Source of the DNA: Thecamonas trahens ATCC 50062
Lineage: Eukaryota > Protista > Apusomonadida
DNA: 64,000 nt
NCBI RefSeq assembly: GCF_000142905.1
Contig: NW_013657650.1
Location: 66,279 to 130,278 of the forward strand
Direction: 5' to 3'
How positions within the stretch are numbered: the stretch's first letter is position 1; every line of letters starts with the position of its first letter. A program made the translations under genes and the position numbers. The notes beneath the pieces were generated by a model. That model saw only the letters and a list, made by a program, of their open reading frames with translations, made no database searches and was not told the origin of the DNA. This document shows positions 9,001 through 21,548 of this stretch, piece by piece.

Positions 9001-12000
9001 CCTCCAGCACATTGTGTACCACCTTGTCCACGCCCAGCGCCGCGACGACATTCTCCGCCTCCTTCTCTCGTACGCATGGATCGAGAAAAAGATCTCGGCC
9101 GGTCTCGGCATCGAGGCTCTGGCGTCCGACTACGCGCTTGCTGCGCGGGCCTTTCCGGCCTACGCCGACCTGCTCCACGAGATCCGCGGTGCGCTCATGC
9201 TCTCAGCACAGGCTGTGCTCAAGCGGCGCGACCTGCTCTGCTTCCAGCTCATTGCGCGGCTCCAGTCGTCGCCACTCTCGACTCACCTCGGTTCGCTCCT
9301 CTCCGAGGCGCTCGAGTATCTCTCGCCGCTGCCGGACGCGGTGTACATTCCGTCATCGCCACTGCTGGAGACGCCGGGCAACGCGCTCATCCGAATTCTT
9401 CACGGGCACACCGAGCCGGTCTACGCCCTCACCACCACACCGTCGGCCAAGCTCCTGCTCTCGGTCTCACCGACCACCGTCATGATGTGGGACACGCTCT
9501 CGGGCCTTGCCGTCCGGTCGATTCCACGGACAGGCGCACGGGCGCCGGCGGCAGCGTCGGCCCAGGCCGAGCTTCCGGACGCACCGCACCCGGTCGCCAC
9601 GCTTGTCAACAAGGTGCTCGAGCCGCGGGAGAGCGGGGCTTCGTCCGAGGCAGAAGCCTCGCTCTCGCGGTCACGCCAGAACCTGCAGTCCATTCACACC
9701 TACGCTGTTCATCTTGTGGTCGCTGACGAGCACCGGGTGTTTGTGGGTGGGTCGGGCGCCGTCCTCACGGTGTGGGATCTCTCGAGCGGCATCCCACTCG
9801 GCTCGATCGACAAAGCCGTCGACGTGACTGCGCTGGCACTCGGGGCCAAGGCCCGGACACTCGTCTTTGCGCTTCGCACCTCACGTCGGATCTACGTGTA
9901 CGACCTCTCGCCTCCGGCGGCGCCCGAGTTTGCGCTCTCGCAAGCTGCCGTGTGTGTTGGGCACAAAGGCTACATCTCAGGCGTCTCGATCTTCCCCGAC
10001 GGGCGGCGGATGGTGTCGTGCGCGCGCGACGCGTCGCTTCGAATTTGGTCGACAAGCAGCGGCGAGGAGCTCGCCCGCCTCGTCCACACCTCGTCGTCGA
10101 TTTCTGCGGTGGTGGTGAGCGCCGAGTCGGGCGATGTGTTCTTTGCTTCGGGCTCGACAGTCACTGTGTGGACACCCGAGACCGACGAGCTGCGAACGCT
10201 CTCGCCTGGCACCTCAGGCTCGCTCGGCTCGTCGCGCGTGTCGACGCTGGCGCTGGCTCCGCCGTCGGACGCATTTGTCGTTGCCGGCACGGCTTCAGGC
10301 ACGGTACTGGTGTGGGATCTCGCAACCGGCATTTGTATGCAGCATGTCTCGGGCCACCGCGGGCCAGTCCTCGGCGTCACCGCGCTCGCCCCCGAAGTGC
10401 TCGGCGGAGCCGGCGGGCACGAGCAGGCCGCATTCGGCTCGGTCTTTACCGCGTCCGAGGACCGGACCATCCGGCACTTTCAGATTGAGCGGCGCAAGGT
10501 TGACACGGCCACCATCCAGCGAATCCGGCACAAGGAGCCGACGACTTACCTTGCGCTAGCAACCGACGGAAGCTACATTCTGACTGGCGCGGCGGACCGG
10601 ACGGTCATTGCGTGGTCAACCGAGCGGGCGAGCTCGTCGTCGCTCGGCGGACGACGGTTCCGGATTCTGGACAACCACCCGGGCGCGGTGACGGCGCTGG
10701 CGCTCACGCTCGACTCCAAGTTTGTGGTCTCGACTGCCGGCTCGCACCTCATGGTTTGGAATCTCAAGGCGGCGCGCTTGGTGTGGTCGGCGCGGGTCAC
10801 CGAGTCGCCGATCTCATGCATTGCAGCGTCGAACACGGCAGTGGTGGCAGCCTGCGCGCTCGGCAGCGTCACTGTCTACGCCCTTTCGGACTCGGGCATG
10901 CTCGAGGAGGTGCAGGAGCTCCTCCCGCCGGCTCCCGGCCCGTATGAAGCGCCGGCGGCGGCGACGGTGCCTGCGGTGGTCATTTCACCCGAGTCGCGGC
11001 TGGTGGCGCTTGGATGGGCGACCGGCGAGGTCCAGTTCTGGCGGTCGGGATCGGGAGGCGGGAGCGGAGACTATGCACTGGTCACCAGCGCGAGCGAGCA
11101 CAGCGGTGCTATCCGAGCTGCCTGCCTCTCACCGGAGAACACACGGCTCATCACCGGTGGCACCGACATGGCGATTCGTATGTGGGACACGGTGTCCGGC
11201 TCAGCCGTCGGCGCGTTCTTTCTCGACGCGCCAGTGGCATGCGTGGCGGTTGTGCCCTGGTCGTCACCGGACCTTGTACCGCGGTCTGTGGCACCAGAGC
11301 CGTCGTATCTCATTGCAGTGGCGCTCGACAACTGCACGGTCACGCTCCATCACTCGTACCACTACACCATGCTCGCCTCGTACCTCTTTGACGCTTCGAT
11401 CAACGGCATGGCGGCGACGCCGTCGGCAGACCTGGTTCTAACCCACGTGGCCGGGCGGACGTACCATCGGCTCATCCGGCACTACGACCAGACCCACTCT
11501 CACGCCTCGCTCGGGCTCACGATGTTTGACTCGAACCGCCCGCGGTCGCTGCCGCGGATGGCGTCGGGCGAGGTTGGCGAGGGTTCGCCGGTCGTTCCCG
11601 CCGCCCCGCGCGACCGCGCTGAAAAGCCTGTGCGGCTGATCGAGCCGCGGGCAAGCGCTGCAAAGGGCAAAGCCAAGGGCAAGGGAAAGGTCAAGGGCAA
11701 GGGAAAGGTCAAGAGGAATGATGGCGGCACAGACGGAAGCATGTCGAGCGGGAAGGGGAAGGCTCCAAGCAGCCCGTCAGGCCGCAAGGACTCGTCGCCG
11801 TCGGAAGGCGCGCTCGCGCTGCACCTCGCAGCGTTGGAGACTGGCCCGTGGGCGTCGAGCGATGAGGGCGGGCCCGAGTTGAGCGGCTGCAGCGGGACTC
11901 CGCCAGCGACAAGTGGCGCCGAAGTGGGTGAACTGCGGCGTGTGGTGCGACCCAACTTTCTGCACCTGTACTGCTTCCGGCGGGGGCGGCAGCGTGTGCG

Positions 12001-14637
12001 AATGCTGGCAGTGCCGGCCAGCTATGAGTCGGTCACCCGCGACTGTGTGTACATTTTGGACACGGGCGCGGTGGTGTACGAGTTCTTTGGGCGGGCGTGC
12101 TCGACAAAGGAAAAGACCAAGGCGCTCGAGTTCACCACCTGGCTCCGCAAGCACGAGCGCGGCGGCGATCTGGAGCTTGTGCGGATCCTGGACACAAGCC
12201 GGCATCATGACGGCCACTCGCGGCGGTTTTGGCGCTGCTCTCGTATCCCGGAACGCATCCTCCGACGCTTGCCGAGTCACCTGCGGGATGGGCAGACATT
12301 GATGACGCACTGCACGCTGCGGTCCGGCTTTGGCGATTCAAGGACGTTCCGGTGTCTGTGACGACACCGTCGTCTGCTGCGCCGGTCCTCCCGCCGCCGA
12401 CATCGCTGACGAGAGAGCTGTCATCGTCGTATGTGTTTGTGGACGCCGGGCGGGTGATGGCGCCCGAAGGCTCGTCGACCGGCGGCGACGAGTCGGTAGC
12501 CGAGGGTGGCGACGGCGGCGATGGGACCGAGTGCAGCGAAGGCGGCGGTGGTGGCGGCGGGAGCGGCGGGAGCGGACCTGGGAGTGGCTGCGGAAGCGGC
12601 GACGGCGACGAGTCCGAGTCGCACATGCAGCAGGTGGCGCCTTCCGTGCTCAACCTCGCGCTCGAGGTGGAGTCGTTGGAGACTACGAGTGCACTGGCTA
12701 CGCCGCAGCTACTGAGCCATGGCTCGTACCTTCTTGTCCTTCCTCAGGTCGCGTACGTGTGGATCGGGGCGCGGTCGCCCATCACGATCAACATGGCCGC
12801 GCAGTGGGTCAACTCTGCGACAGCGCTGCCTGTGGAGACAGCAACGGCGCTGCTGGGCCAGCGGCTGCCGCGGCGATGCGTGACGGTTTACGAGGGCAAC
12901 GAGCCCTTTCTCTTCAAAGAAGCGTTTGACGAATGGCACGAGCCGCGGCAGCGAGCGACGCCACCGCCGCGGGCTACGGGCTCGCTGTTGGCGTCGTCGT
13001 CCAAGGCAGCGCAGGTTGCGCGGCGGGTGCTGCAGTCGCGAGCGCGGAGCACAGCAGCACGGAGCTCGAGCGGAAGCGCGAGCGGGAGCGAGGCTGGCGG
13101 CGGCGGGACTACGGCCGGGGGGGTGTCGTCGCGGCGGGCGGCAGCAGCAGCGGTGGCGCGGAACCGTCGCACGTCGGCGATCATGGCGGACGGGGCCGCC
13201 GCGGCAGCGGCGCTGGCGGGCTCTGTTCGTGTTGTGGTCTTTGAGAACGAGCACTGCATCTACGCGTTGCCGCGAGAGTTCCACGGTCACTTTTTCTCTG
13301 GCGACGGATGTCTGGTGCTGCAAACGCTCGAGGGCGGGAGCGAGGGCGGTAGTTCGCACGACGACGACGGGTCACGGTCGCGGTACCGGGTATTTTTCTG
13401 GCGTGGCGCGGACGCGCCGAACAAGCTCTTCCTCAAGTTCAAGCTCAAGCTCAATGCCGGGGCGCTCGGTGACGTGTTTGGGCCGACGATTTCGCGGATC
13501 ATCCAGACGACGACACGCGAGGTGGTACAGGGGCGGCATCCCGACAAGAACTTTACGGCGCTGTTCTCTGGCTCCCTGTTTGTGCACCACGGGCACGCGC
13601 GGTGCCGGATCCCGCTCCCGCCATCGGCCATTCTGCGGGTTGCGCCCGAGTACCGGCTGCGGATGGCGCGAGGCAACGAGGGTGAAGCGCGCAGCGACGA
13701 TGGGGCGTGGAACGCGCGGCAGCTGGAGCCGAGTAGCACGGCGCGGCTGTATGCGGTGCGCGGACTCGGGTCGGCTGGAGGTGTGCTACTAACGGCCGAC
13801 GAGGTTCCGCCGGTGGCGTCGTCGCTCAACTCATCGCACGCGGCTGTACTGCTGGCTGCGCCTCGGGCGGCGCTGTGGATCGGGGCCGGAGCGCGCGGGT
13901 CCGAGGTTGCGGGCGCCCGGCGGTTCTACTCGTCACTGCGGGAGAGCAGCGAGCTCGGCGAGCTGGTGGAAGTTGCCGAGGGCAGTGAGCCGGAGTGGAT
14001 GTGGGCCGCAGTAGGCGGGCGGGCGTGGTACCCGAGCTCTGCGGTGCTGCGCAATGCCAAGCGCGACGAGCCAGCGCTGTTCCGGTGCTCGACAGCCAAG
14101 GGCATGTTTGAACTTGCCGAGATGGTGGGGCGGATGCCGTCTGCGCTCGAGCCGTCGTGCGTGTACATGCTCGTGGCGCTCCCGCACATCTGGCTGTGGA
14201 TTGGATCGCAGGTGACGACGTTCGAGGCGAGCGAGGCACGCGAGGTGGCCGAGGCGTACGCCAAGGAGGAGCCAACGTCGGCGCACGTGCTCGAAGTGCA
14301 TGCCGGGCGCGAGCCGATGGCATTCTGGTCGCTATTCCGGGGGTGGGTCGCGCCGAACCACGGCGGTTACCCGCAGCAGGCAGCCATGGACGCGGAGCTG
14401 GCGCGGGCCGGATCGACTCTCTGCACCGCTGACGTTGTGGGCGTCACGCTCAACGCCGCGCAACAGCCGATGGTCTCGTGCCGCCAGTGCGGGCTTGTCG
14501 ATGGAGTGTACGCCTGTCGCCGATGCGGGGAGCGATGTGCGAGCGCTGGGCACACCGTAGCCGACGTCGGCGTCCTCCCCTTGGTTTGTGGCTGGCGTTG
14601 TACCGATCACAGAACCGGCAGTACCAGCAGCGAGTGA
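6017..14637 (+). CDS. Giant (~2870 aa) TKL kinase + NB-ARC (Apaf-1-like STAND ATPase) + helical domain + WD40 repeats + gelsolin/villin repeats + C-terminal UBR-like zinc finger; one frame break at about 12230
   Basis: Kinase: LGTGGFG, VAIK, HRDLKPHN, DFG, YMAPE. NB-ARC: GMGGLGKS, LLVLDDVW, LVTSR, GKLPLAL, LHDLQREY. Apaf-1-type helical segment: YYLQHIVYHL..LLLSYAWIEKK. Many GH..WD repeats. Gelsolin: DCVYILDTG, VAYVWIG, YEGNEPFLFKEAFDEW, HGHFFSGD, SLNSSH, GREPMAFWSLF. ORFs 6017..12361 and 12229..14637 join by adding one base at TTTTGG (12227-12232). Confidence 0.9.
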
Positions 14638-14870
14638 GAGTGTGTAAAAGAGGTACCACCTTGCCCTCCCCTCCCCTCCCCTCCTCTACCCTCCTCCCCT
14701 CCCCTCCCCTCCCCTGCCTATCCTGATCAATGCCCATCCGATCGATACCCGGTGACCCGACAACCACCGTGGTCAACTCCCCGCAGAACACCGCCCCGAT
14801 CGATCTTGCCCTCCTTCCCTCCCACCCCTCGACACCCCCCCCCCCCCCCCCCCCACCACCACCACGGAAC

Positions 14871-17583
14871 ATGTCAAGCGGAGCAGACGGGCTCCTCGGA
14901 GCGGTGGTGGACGAGGCGTGCCGAAGCGGGGAGGAGCAGGCGGTGCGTGAGGCGCTGGCCACCGGGTACGGGTGCGACTCGGCGTACAAGGGGTGGACGC
15001 CTCTGCAGAGGGCGGCGGCGGCGGGCCATGTGGCCATTGTCGGCCTTCTATGTGAAAGTATGGAGCCAAAGTGGATTTGCGGCGAGCAAAGACCGGTGCC
15101 ACGGCATTGATGCTCGCCAGTGGCTGCGGGCATGTCAATGTGGTGAGGTTTCTGGTCAAGCAGACAAGAGCCGACGTCGATGCCTGCAATGACGAAGGCG
15201 CATCTCCATGCTATCTCGCGGCACAGAACGGGCATCTCGAGGTGGTGCGATATCTGGTTTCCGACGTCGGCGTGGATCCACTCTCGCCGCTGCCGGACGG
15301 TACGTCGACGGTGTACATTGCGGCTCAGAACGGCCACGTCGACGTCCTGCGCTTTCTCCTCGGCCAGGTTCCCGAGGCTGCCATGGCCCGCCGGGCGGAG
15401 GGCGCCTTCCCGCTGCTTGTGGCTGCTTTTAGCGGCAAAGTCGAGGTCGCACGACTGCTGGTTGAGGAGCACGGGGCAGACGTTGACGAGTGCGACGCCA
15501 ACGGGGTGACGCCGCTGTATGTGGCGGCACAGAACGGGCACCTGCCGATGGTGGCGTATCTTGCAACCGACGCCGGCGCCGCGGTCGAGGCCGCCGACGT
15601 CAAGGGCATCACGCCGCTGTATGTGGCGGCGTACTCGGGCCAGCTGAGCATTGTGCGATACCTGGTGGAGAAGGCTGCCGCCGATGTACAGCACGGGCGC
15701 GACTCGGGCGCGACGCCACTGTACATTGCAGCGCAAGTCGGCCATGCGCAAGTTGTCGAGTACCTAGCGACGACCGAGAGCGGCGGCGTGAACGCGATCA
15801 AGAGCAATGGCGAGACTGCGCTGCACACGGCAGCGCGGTACGGCCACCTACCGGTTGTGCAGTTTCTGGTCTCGCCTGCCGGCGGTGCCGACGTCGACCG
15901 AGTCCGGCGCGACGGCGCGACGCCGTTCTGGGTCGCAGCGCATGCGGGGCGGGTCGACGTCGTCCGCTGGCTCGCTTCCGCCGCACAGGCTGACGTGCGG
16001 CGGCCGACGTGCGACGGGACAACTCCGTTTGCCGCGGCGTGCGCCCGCGGGCACGTCGCTACCGTTGCTTGCCTCGCCGTCGAGGTCCTTGCGCTCACAC
16101 CCGGCGACTTTCCGGTCGACGCCACGGCGTACTCCCCGACATCATCCGGGTCCTCATGTCTGCACTTGCTGGCAAGATGGTCGGCGAGCGAAGCCGTGGC
16201 ATGGTCGTCGATGGGAGTGGGCAGCGGCTGTTTGGCGTGCTCTCGCGGGCGGCGCTCGAGCTGTACGCCGGCATGCGGCTGGTCAAGCGAGTGCTGCTCT
16301 CGCGGGTCGAGGCCGTCACCCGCGACAGCGCCAGCATACTTGTACGCTGCATCGGCGGCGAGACCGTAGCGCTCGACGCCAGCAGTGAGGCCAACGCTGC
16401 GGAATGGGCGGCGGCGCTCGACGAGGCGACTGGCCCCGGGCGGCTCGACTGGCGGCTTCAGGTCGCCGACCTAGTCCTTGACGAGACCAAGTCCGGGGTG
16501 TTGGGACGCGGCGCCTTTGGCGTTGTTCGTCGTGGAACGTGGCACGGTTTTCCGGTGGCGGTCAAGCAGCTGCACGATGCTGAGAGTATGGGCCAAGCGG
16601 CGCGGGCCGAGTTTGTGCACGAAGCCGAGCTCATGGCCGGCTTGCGGCACCCGAACGTGGTCCGCTTCATCGGCGCCTCACTCGACGCCGACTCTCCATG
16701 CCTGGTAACCGAGCTTCTGGAAGGTGGCTCGCTGTACTCGCTTCTCCACACGAAGCGGAGCTTTGCCGTCGACTGGCCGCTTGTTGTTCGCATCGCGAGC
16801 GACGTCGCAGCCGGCATGGCCTACCTCCACGCTTGCGAGCCGCCGGTTGTTCACCGCGACCTCAAGTCGCCCAATGTCCTCCTTGACCGCAGCCTCCGGG
16901 CCAAGATCGCCGATTTTGGCCTGACCAAGGCCATTGCCGAGACCGGTGTCCACACAACTGCCGGAACCGCTCGCTGGGCCGCACCCGAGCTCCTCCGCAA
17001 CGAGGCGTACGGCCACAAGGTCGATGTCTACTCGTTTGGCGTTTTGCTGTGGGAGATGTGTACGCGGAGTGTGCCGTACCGCGAGCTCGACAACAATCAA
17101 GTCATCTTCCGCGCCCTCCGCGGCGGCGCACGGCCGACCATCCCCGACTACGTCCCGCCCACACTCGCCGCACTGATGTCCGAGGCCTGGGCCGAGGACC
17201 CGACCGTGCGTCCAGCCTTTGTTGACATTGTCGCCCGCCTCGACCTCGGCGCGCCGTCGGTGGCTGCCAGCTCGGGAGGCCCTGCCGTTCCTGACGGTGT
17301 GCCAGGCACTCGTGCCCCGCGTGGTATGCTCCTCTCGTCATCGTCGTCGTCCGATGCCGACGATGATGGCCAGGCCGATCCTGCCGACGAGAGCGATGAC
17401 GACAACGACAGCGACGACGAGCCACTGCTCCGCACCGTTGTCCACTTCTCCGCCTCAAATAGCGGCGCCAGTCCGGATCAGGGCTCATCATCGACGGCCG
17501 CACCTCGCGGCGGTTTTGACATCAGCGTCATCTCGTCCTGGCTCTCGTTTGACGTAGCCTCGTGGTGGGCGGGCAAGAGCTGA
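14871..17583 (+). CDS. Ankyrin-repeat + PH-like + TKL (Raf/CTR1-like) protein kinase; two frame breaks
   Basis: About 11 ankyrin repeats (TPLYVAAQNGH etc.). A PH-like segment ends in EANAAEWAAALDEA. Kinase motifs: LGRGAFG, VAVK, HRDLKSPN, DFG, GTARWAAPE. Adding one base at AAA 15055-15057 and one at CCCC 16134-16137 joins the three ORFs. Confidence 0.88.
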
Positions 17584-17795
17584 ATGTAGTCGACATCGCT
17601 CGAGAGTGGGTGTGTACCGGGAAAAAATATTTGCCGCTTAAAGCCGCACGTGCATGTCTTCCAAACCTTGCAGCGTTGCAAGGCAGCAAAGGCCGACGCG
17701 TGCCAGTGAGCAAAGTGAGCTGGTGTGGACCGAGCGAGCCACTCTCTCATGCCATGACATTCCTCGTCTCTAGTCAAGGCAAGCGAGGAGTGGCC

Positions 17796-17961
17796 ATGGC
17801 GGAATCGCCCTCCATACCCGCCATGCCCCCTTTGCCGATGCAGACCAGGGATGAGCTCCACCGCCGCGCCCGTCACGGACCTACCCAGACGTGTCACCAC
17901 TCTGCCGAGCCATGCTGCTCACGCGCCAACTGCCGGCTCTGCCACCGCCACCAGCACCGTT

Positions 17962-17993
<32 letters not shown>

Positions 17994-20900
17994 GACGACC
18001 ACAACCACTCTCACATGAAAAGACGTGGCCGATGCGGGGAGGTTCGCCTTTCGTGCCGTGGTGGGGTTCGTGGGGCTCGTGACGGCTCGCTCCGCAACAA
18101 CTCTCCTCACCACCACAGCAGCCACAGCCGACGCCGTGGCACGCTCATGCTCATCCTCCTCGTCAGTGCGGTAGTACTGGCAGCGACAGTCAGGGTCGGC
18201 GAGGCGAGCGAGACCAGGACAGGTTCGGTGGCCTCGGGAGATGCTGCGTCGATGCAGATCAGCACTGGGTTCGTCAGCAGTGATCCCGGACATGTCGATT
18301 TCGATGGCTCAGAAGAGCAAGGCGCCGCCATTTTTCAACTCTCGGGCTCGGTAGTGAGCACAACAGGGGTGATCTGGATCGAAAGTGCAATCCTCACTCT
18401 GCGAGATGTCGATGCGCCAAGCCCGATTGCTGTCAACCTTGCCTTCTACAACTACTCGGTGGCAGACAAGGGCAAGACGTTTGACGACCCGCCGTGGTCT
18501 GACTTGTTTGGGTTGGACGCCTTTCCCACCTCGGCTCCATACACAGTCACATTGTCGCCCAGCTCGCCATCGTTTGTGGCTACGACCGCGCTACGGCCTT
18601 TCCTCACAGACGCCTATTTGGCAGATGCCTTTGACGGCAATCGCTTTGCCATTCGCCTCTCCATGGTGGCTGGCGAGTGTCCGGCCGGCACCTGCCGCAT
18701 CGACTTTGACCCACAGCCGTCGCTGTTCATAACTTACCATGAGGTCTGTCCCGAGATCTCGGTGGAGAACGGGTCCGTGAGTAACGATCCAACAACCGGG
18801 CGCCCGATGGCGCTCACAGGTGACAAACTGCGTATCACCTGCGACTCTGGATTCGACGAGTCCGGCGTGGACGGCAGCGACGATGTTACCTGTCTCAGCG
18901 ACGGCTCCTACTCGCCAGCCACCCCAAGCTGTGTGGCTCTCTCGTCACCGCCACCCCCACCATCGCCACCGCCACCACCAGCACCGCCACCATCTCCTCC
19001 TCCACCACTGCCATCGCCACCACCACCACCGCCACCATCTCCTCATCCGCCACCGCCACCGCCGTCGCCACCACCACCACCACCACCACCATCACCGCCA
19101 CCGCCACTATCACCACCGCCACCATCTCCTCCACCACCACCGCCACCATCTCCTCCACCACCACCGCCACCATCACCGCCACCGTCACCACCACCTCCGC
19201 CATCTCCACCGTGCCCGCTACCAGCGTTCTTGGACAGCTGCGGCGTGTGCTCTGGCCCAGGCACCGGTCATGTGGGTGACTCTGACCTCGACGCCTGTGG
19301 CGTTTGCTTTGGCGGCAACGGCGATCTCGACGACTGCGGAGTCTGCTTTGGAGGCAACTCTGCCAAGGACGGCTGTGGCGTGTGCTATGGAAACAACGCG
19401 ACGTGCGCCGGGTGCGACGGTGTACCATACTCGGGCAAAGTACCGGATGTTTGCGGCGTGTGTGGCGGCGATGGTTCGGGGTGCTCGGGCTGCAACTTTA
19501 TCCCGATCCCACTCGGCGGCGTGTGGTTTGACGGGTGCGGTGTGTGTGGCGGATCGGCCAGCATCTCGACATGCGCCACACCATGCATCGCCAACACCAC
19601 GGCGGTGTTCGACTGCTTTGGAGTGTGCAACGGTACAGCATACGTCGATGACTGCGGTATGTGCGTCGGTGGCGCCACGTCGAACACAGCCAACTTTTTC
19701 AAGGATGCGTGCGGGATGTGCTTTGGCGGCGAGACTGCTCGCGATGCGTGCGGCGACTGCCACGGCGGCAACGCGCGCCGCGACGAGTGCGGCATCTGCG
19801 GTGGCGGAAACTCGCGGATGGACAGCTGCGGGGTGTGCTTTGGCGGTGAGCGAGGCAAGGACATATGTGGCGTGTGCGGTGGAAATGGAACAAGCTGCAT
19901 CGGTTGCGACGCTGTCATCGACTCGACTGCCGCCTTTGACGCATGCGGCGTGTGCGGCGGGCACAACGAGTGTCTTCGCGAGCGCAGCTCATCCAGCTCG
20001 CTGACGTTGCCAGTGGCGGTTGGCAGCAGTGCTGGCGTCCTACTCTGCTGCGTTGTCATTGTCATCTGCATTGTCATGCTCTCGCGGCGGTCGCGACGAG
20101 TGGCGACCGAGGCCATCACTGCAAGCAAGGCCAAAGCTGCGCTTGCGGTAGCGCCACAGGGCGTAGTCATTCTCCTTGTCACCGATGTGGTCGACTCGAC
20201 TCGGCTGTGGGAGGAGGTGCCGGACGTGATGGCAGCATGCTCGGTGCAGCACGATGCTATTGTGCTCAATGCTCTCGCGGCACACGACGGGTACGTGGTG
20301 CGCAACGAGGGTGACTCGTTCATTGCCGCCTTTCCAACGTCCCGAGCGAGCGCCGCCATCGACGCTGCCCGCGACATCCAGCACGAACTTGCCAACACCG
20401 ACTGGCCGCGTGGTCTCAAGTTGCGAACCCGCCAAGGCCTAGCCTGTCGCATCGGTCTGCACGCTGGTCGACCGGTGATCCGATTTGACGAGCGGACGCA
20501 GCGGGTGGCGTACGGCGGAGTTGCCATGGTCCGTGTCGACGCCATCACGAACATGGGTGGTGCCGGCGAGATTGTTGTCTCGCAAGCGGTGCTGATCATG
20601 GCCGGCGGTGGGTATGCCACTCGCGAGCTGGGCACTGCTCCAGGCGGCAGCGACGCAGTTGTGTACAAGCTGATGATGGCGAGCAGCAACGAGCTGTCAG
20701 GCTCATCCACTACCAGCGCTGACGAAACGTCGACAACATCACTCGCGACAGCACTCGCCGGCCTCGGAAACGTGGTCCCAACGGCGACGACACAGTCTGT
20801 TCCGCAGTCGGCCCTGGCCTCGCTCGCCGAGCTGCTCTCGGATCGTGAAAGCGAGTCGTCGCACCAGTCGAGCGGGCCGGAAGTTCGCAAGTCAACCCGC

Positions 20901-21548
20901 TCGCAGTCGGTGGCTGTCGACCTGGGCTGGGGCCCATCGCGCCGGGCACAGGCGCCGACCCGGACTCGGACCCGAGCTGAGACCCGGAGCCGCACAAGGA
21001 CCGGCTTGCGCCAGAGGGTGCGGACTAGATCAAAGCGCCGGCGTCACGCCTCGGTCGAGCTTGTCCCGTCGTCGTCACAAGCCAGCATGTGCTCCTCGAT
21101 TCCCGAGCTGGCCGAGACGATCAGACTTCGGCAAACGCGCTCTTCACTTGGGGTGCTGCCACCTGCCGGCTCGGGCGTCTCGCGGCATCGGGTGCGATCG
21201 AGGCGCAAGCGCCGCAACCGCGACAGGGCTACACGCTTGCGAAAGTCGTCGAGCAACGTTGTGACCAGAGGCCTGCGGCACGCCTCAATCTCGGTATGCG
21301 GTCCCGTTGTCAAGCCTTCTTCGTCTCTCGGTGCACTCGGCGCATCGATGGTCTCGTCTCCCAGCCTCTCCGCCACCGTCACAGAGTCTGGCTCCGGCTC
21401 GCACCTCACCTGCGACGATAGCATCTCCGTTCTCATCACGCCACACCACGCCTTGACAGCCGGCACCCCGACTCCAACCGCCTTGATGAGTCTCGTCTCC
21501 AGCCCAACAGTAGGCCCCCATGCGCCGGCGTCCGAATGTGGGCGCTAG
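17796..21548 (+). CDS. Single-pass receptor: Sushi/CCP domain, SPPPP stalk, DxCGVCGG Cys-rich repeats, TM helix, class III nucleotide cyclase-like domain
   Basis: A hydrophobic signal MLILLVSAVVLAA begins at 18147, an alternative start. CPEISVENG..TCDSGF..TC..DG.YS..PSC is Sushi-like. There are about 16 DxCGxC repeats and a TM segment (VAVGSSAGVLLCCVVIVICIVML). Cyclase motifs: TDVVDSTRLWE, GYVVRNEGDSF, RIGLHAG. The start codon is uncertain. Confidence 0.85.
18940..19215 (+). repeat. Coding low-complexity repeat (SPPPP extensin-like stalk)
   Basis: A cca/ccg-rich run in frame in the receptor gene. Confidence 0.9.

Noticed and set aside
14871-17583. Integrin-linked kinase orthologue
   Set aside because: It has intact HRD/DFG motifs and many more ankyrin repeats than the ILK pseudokinase.
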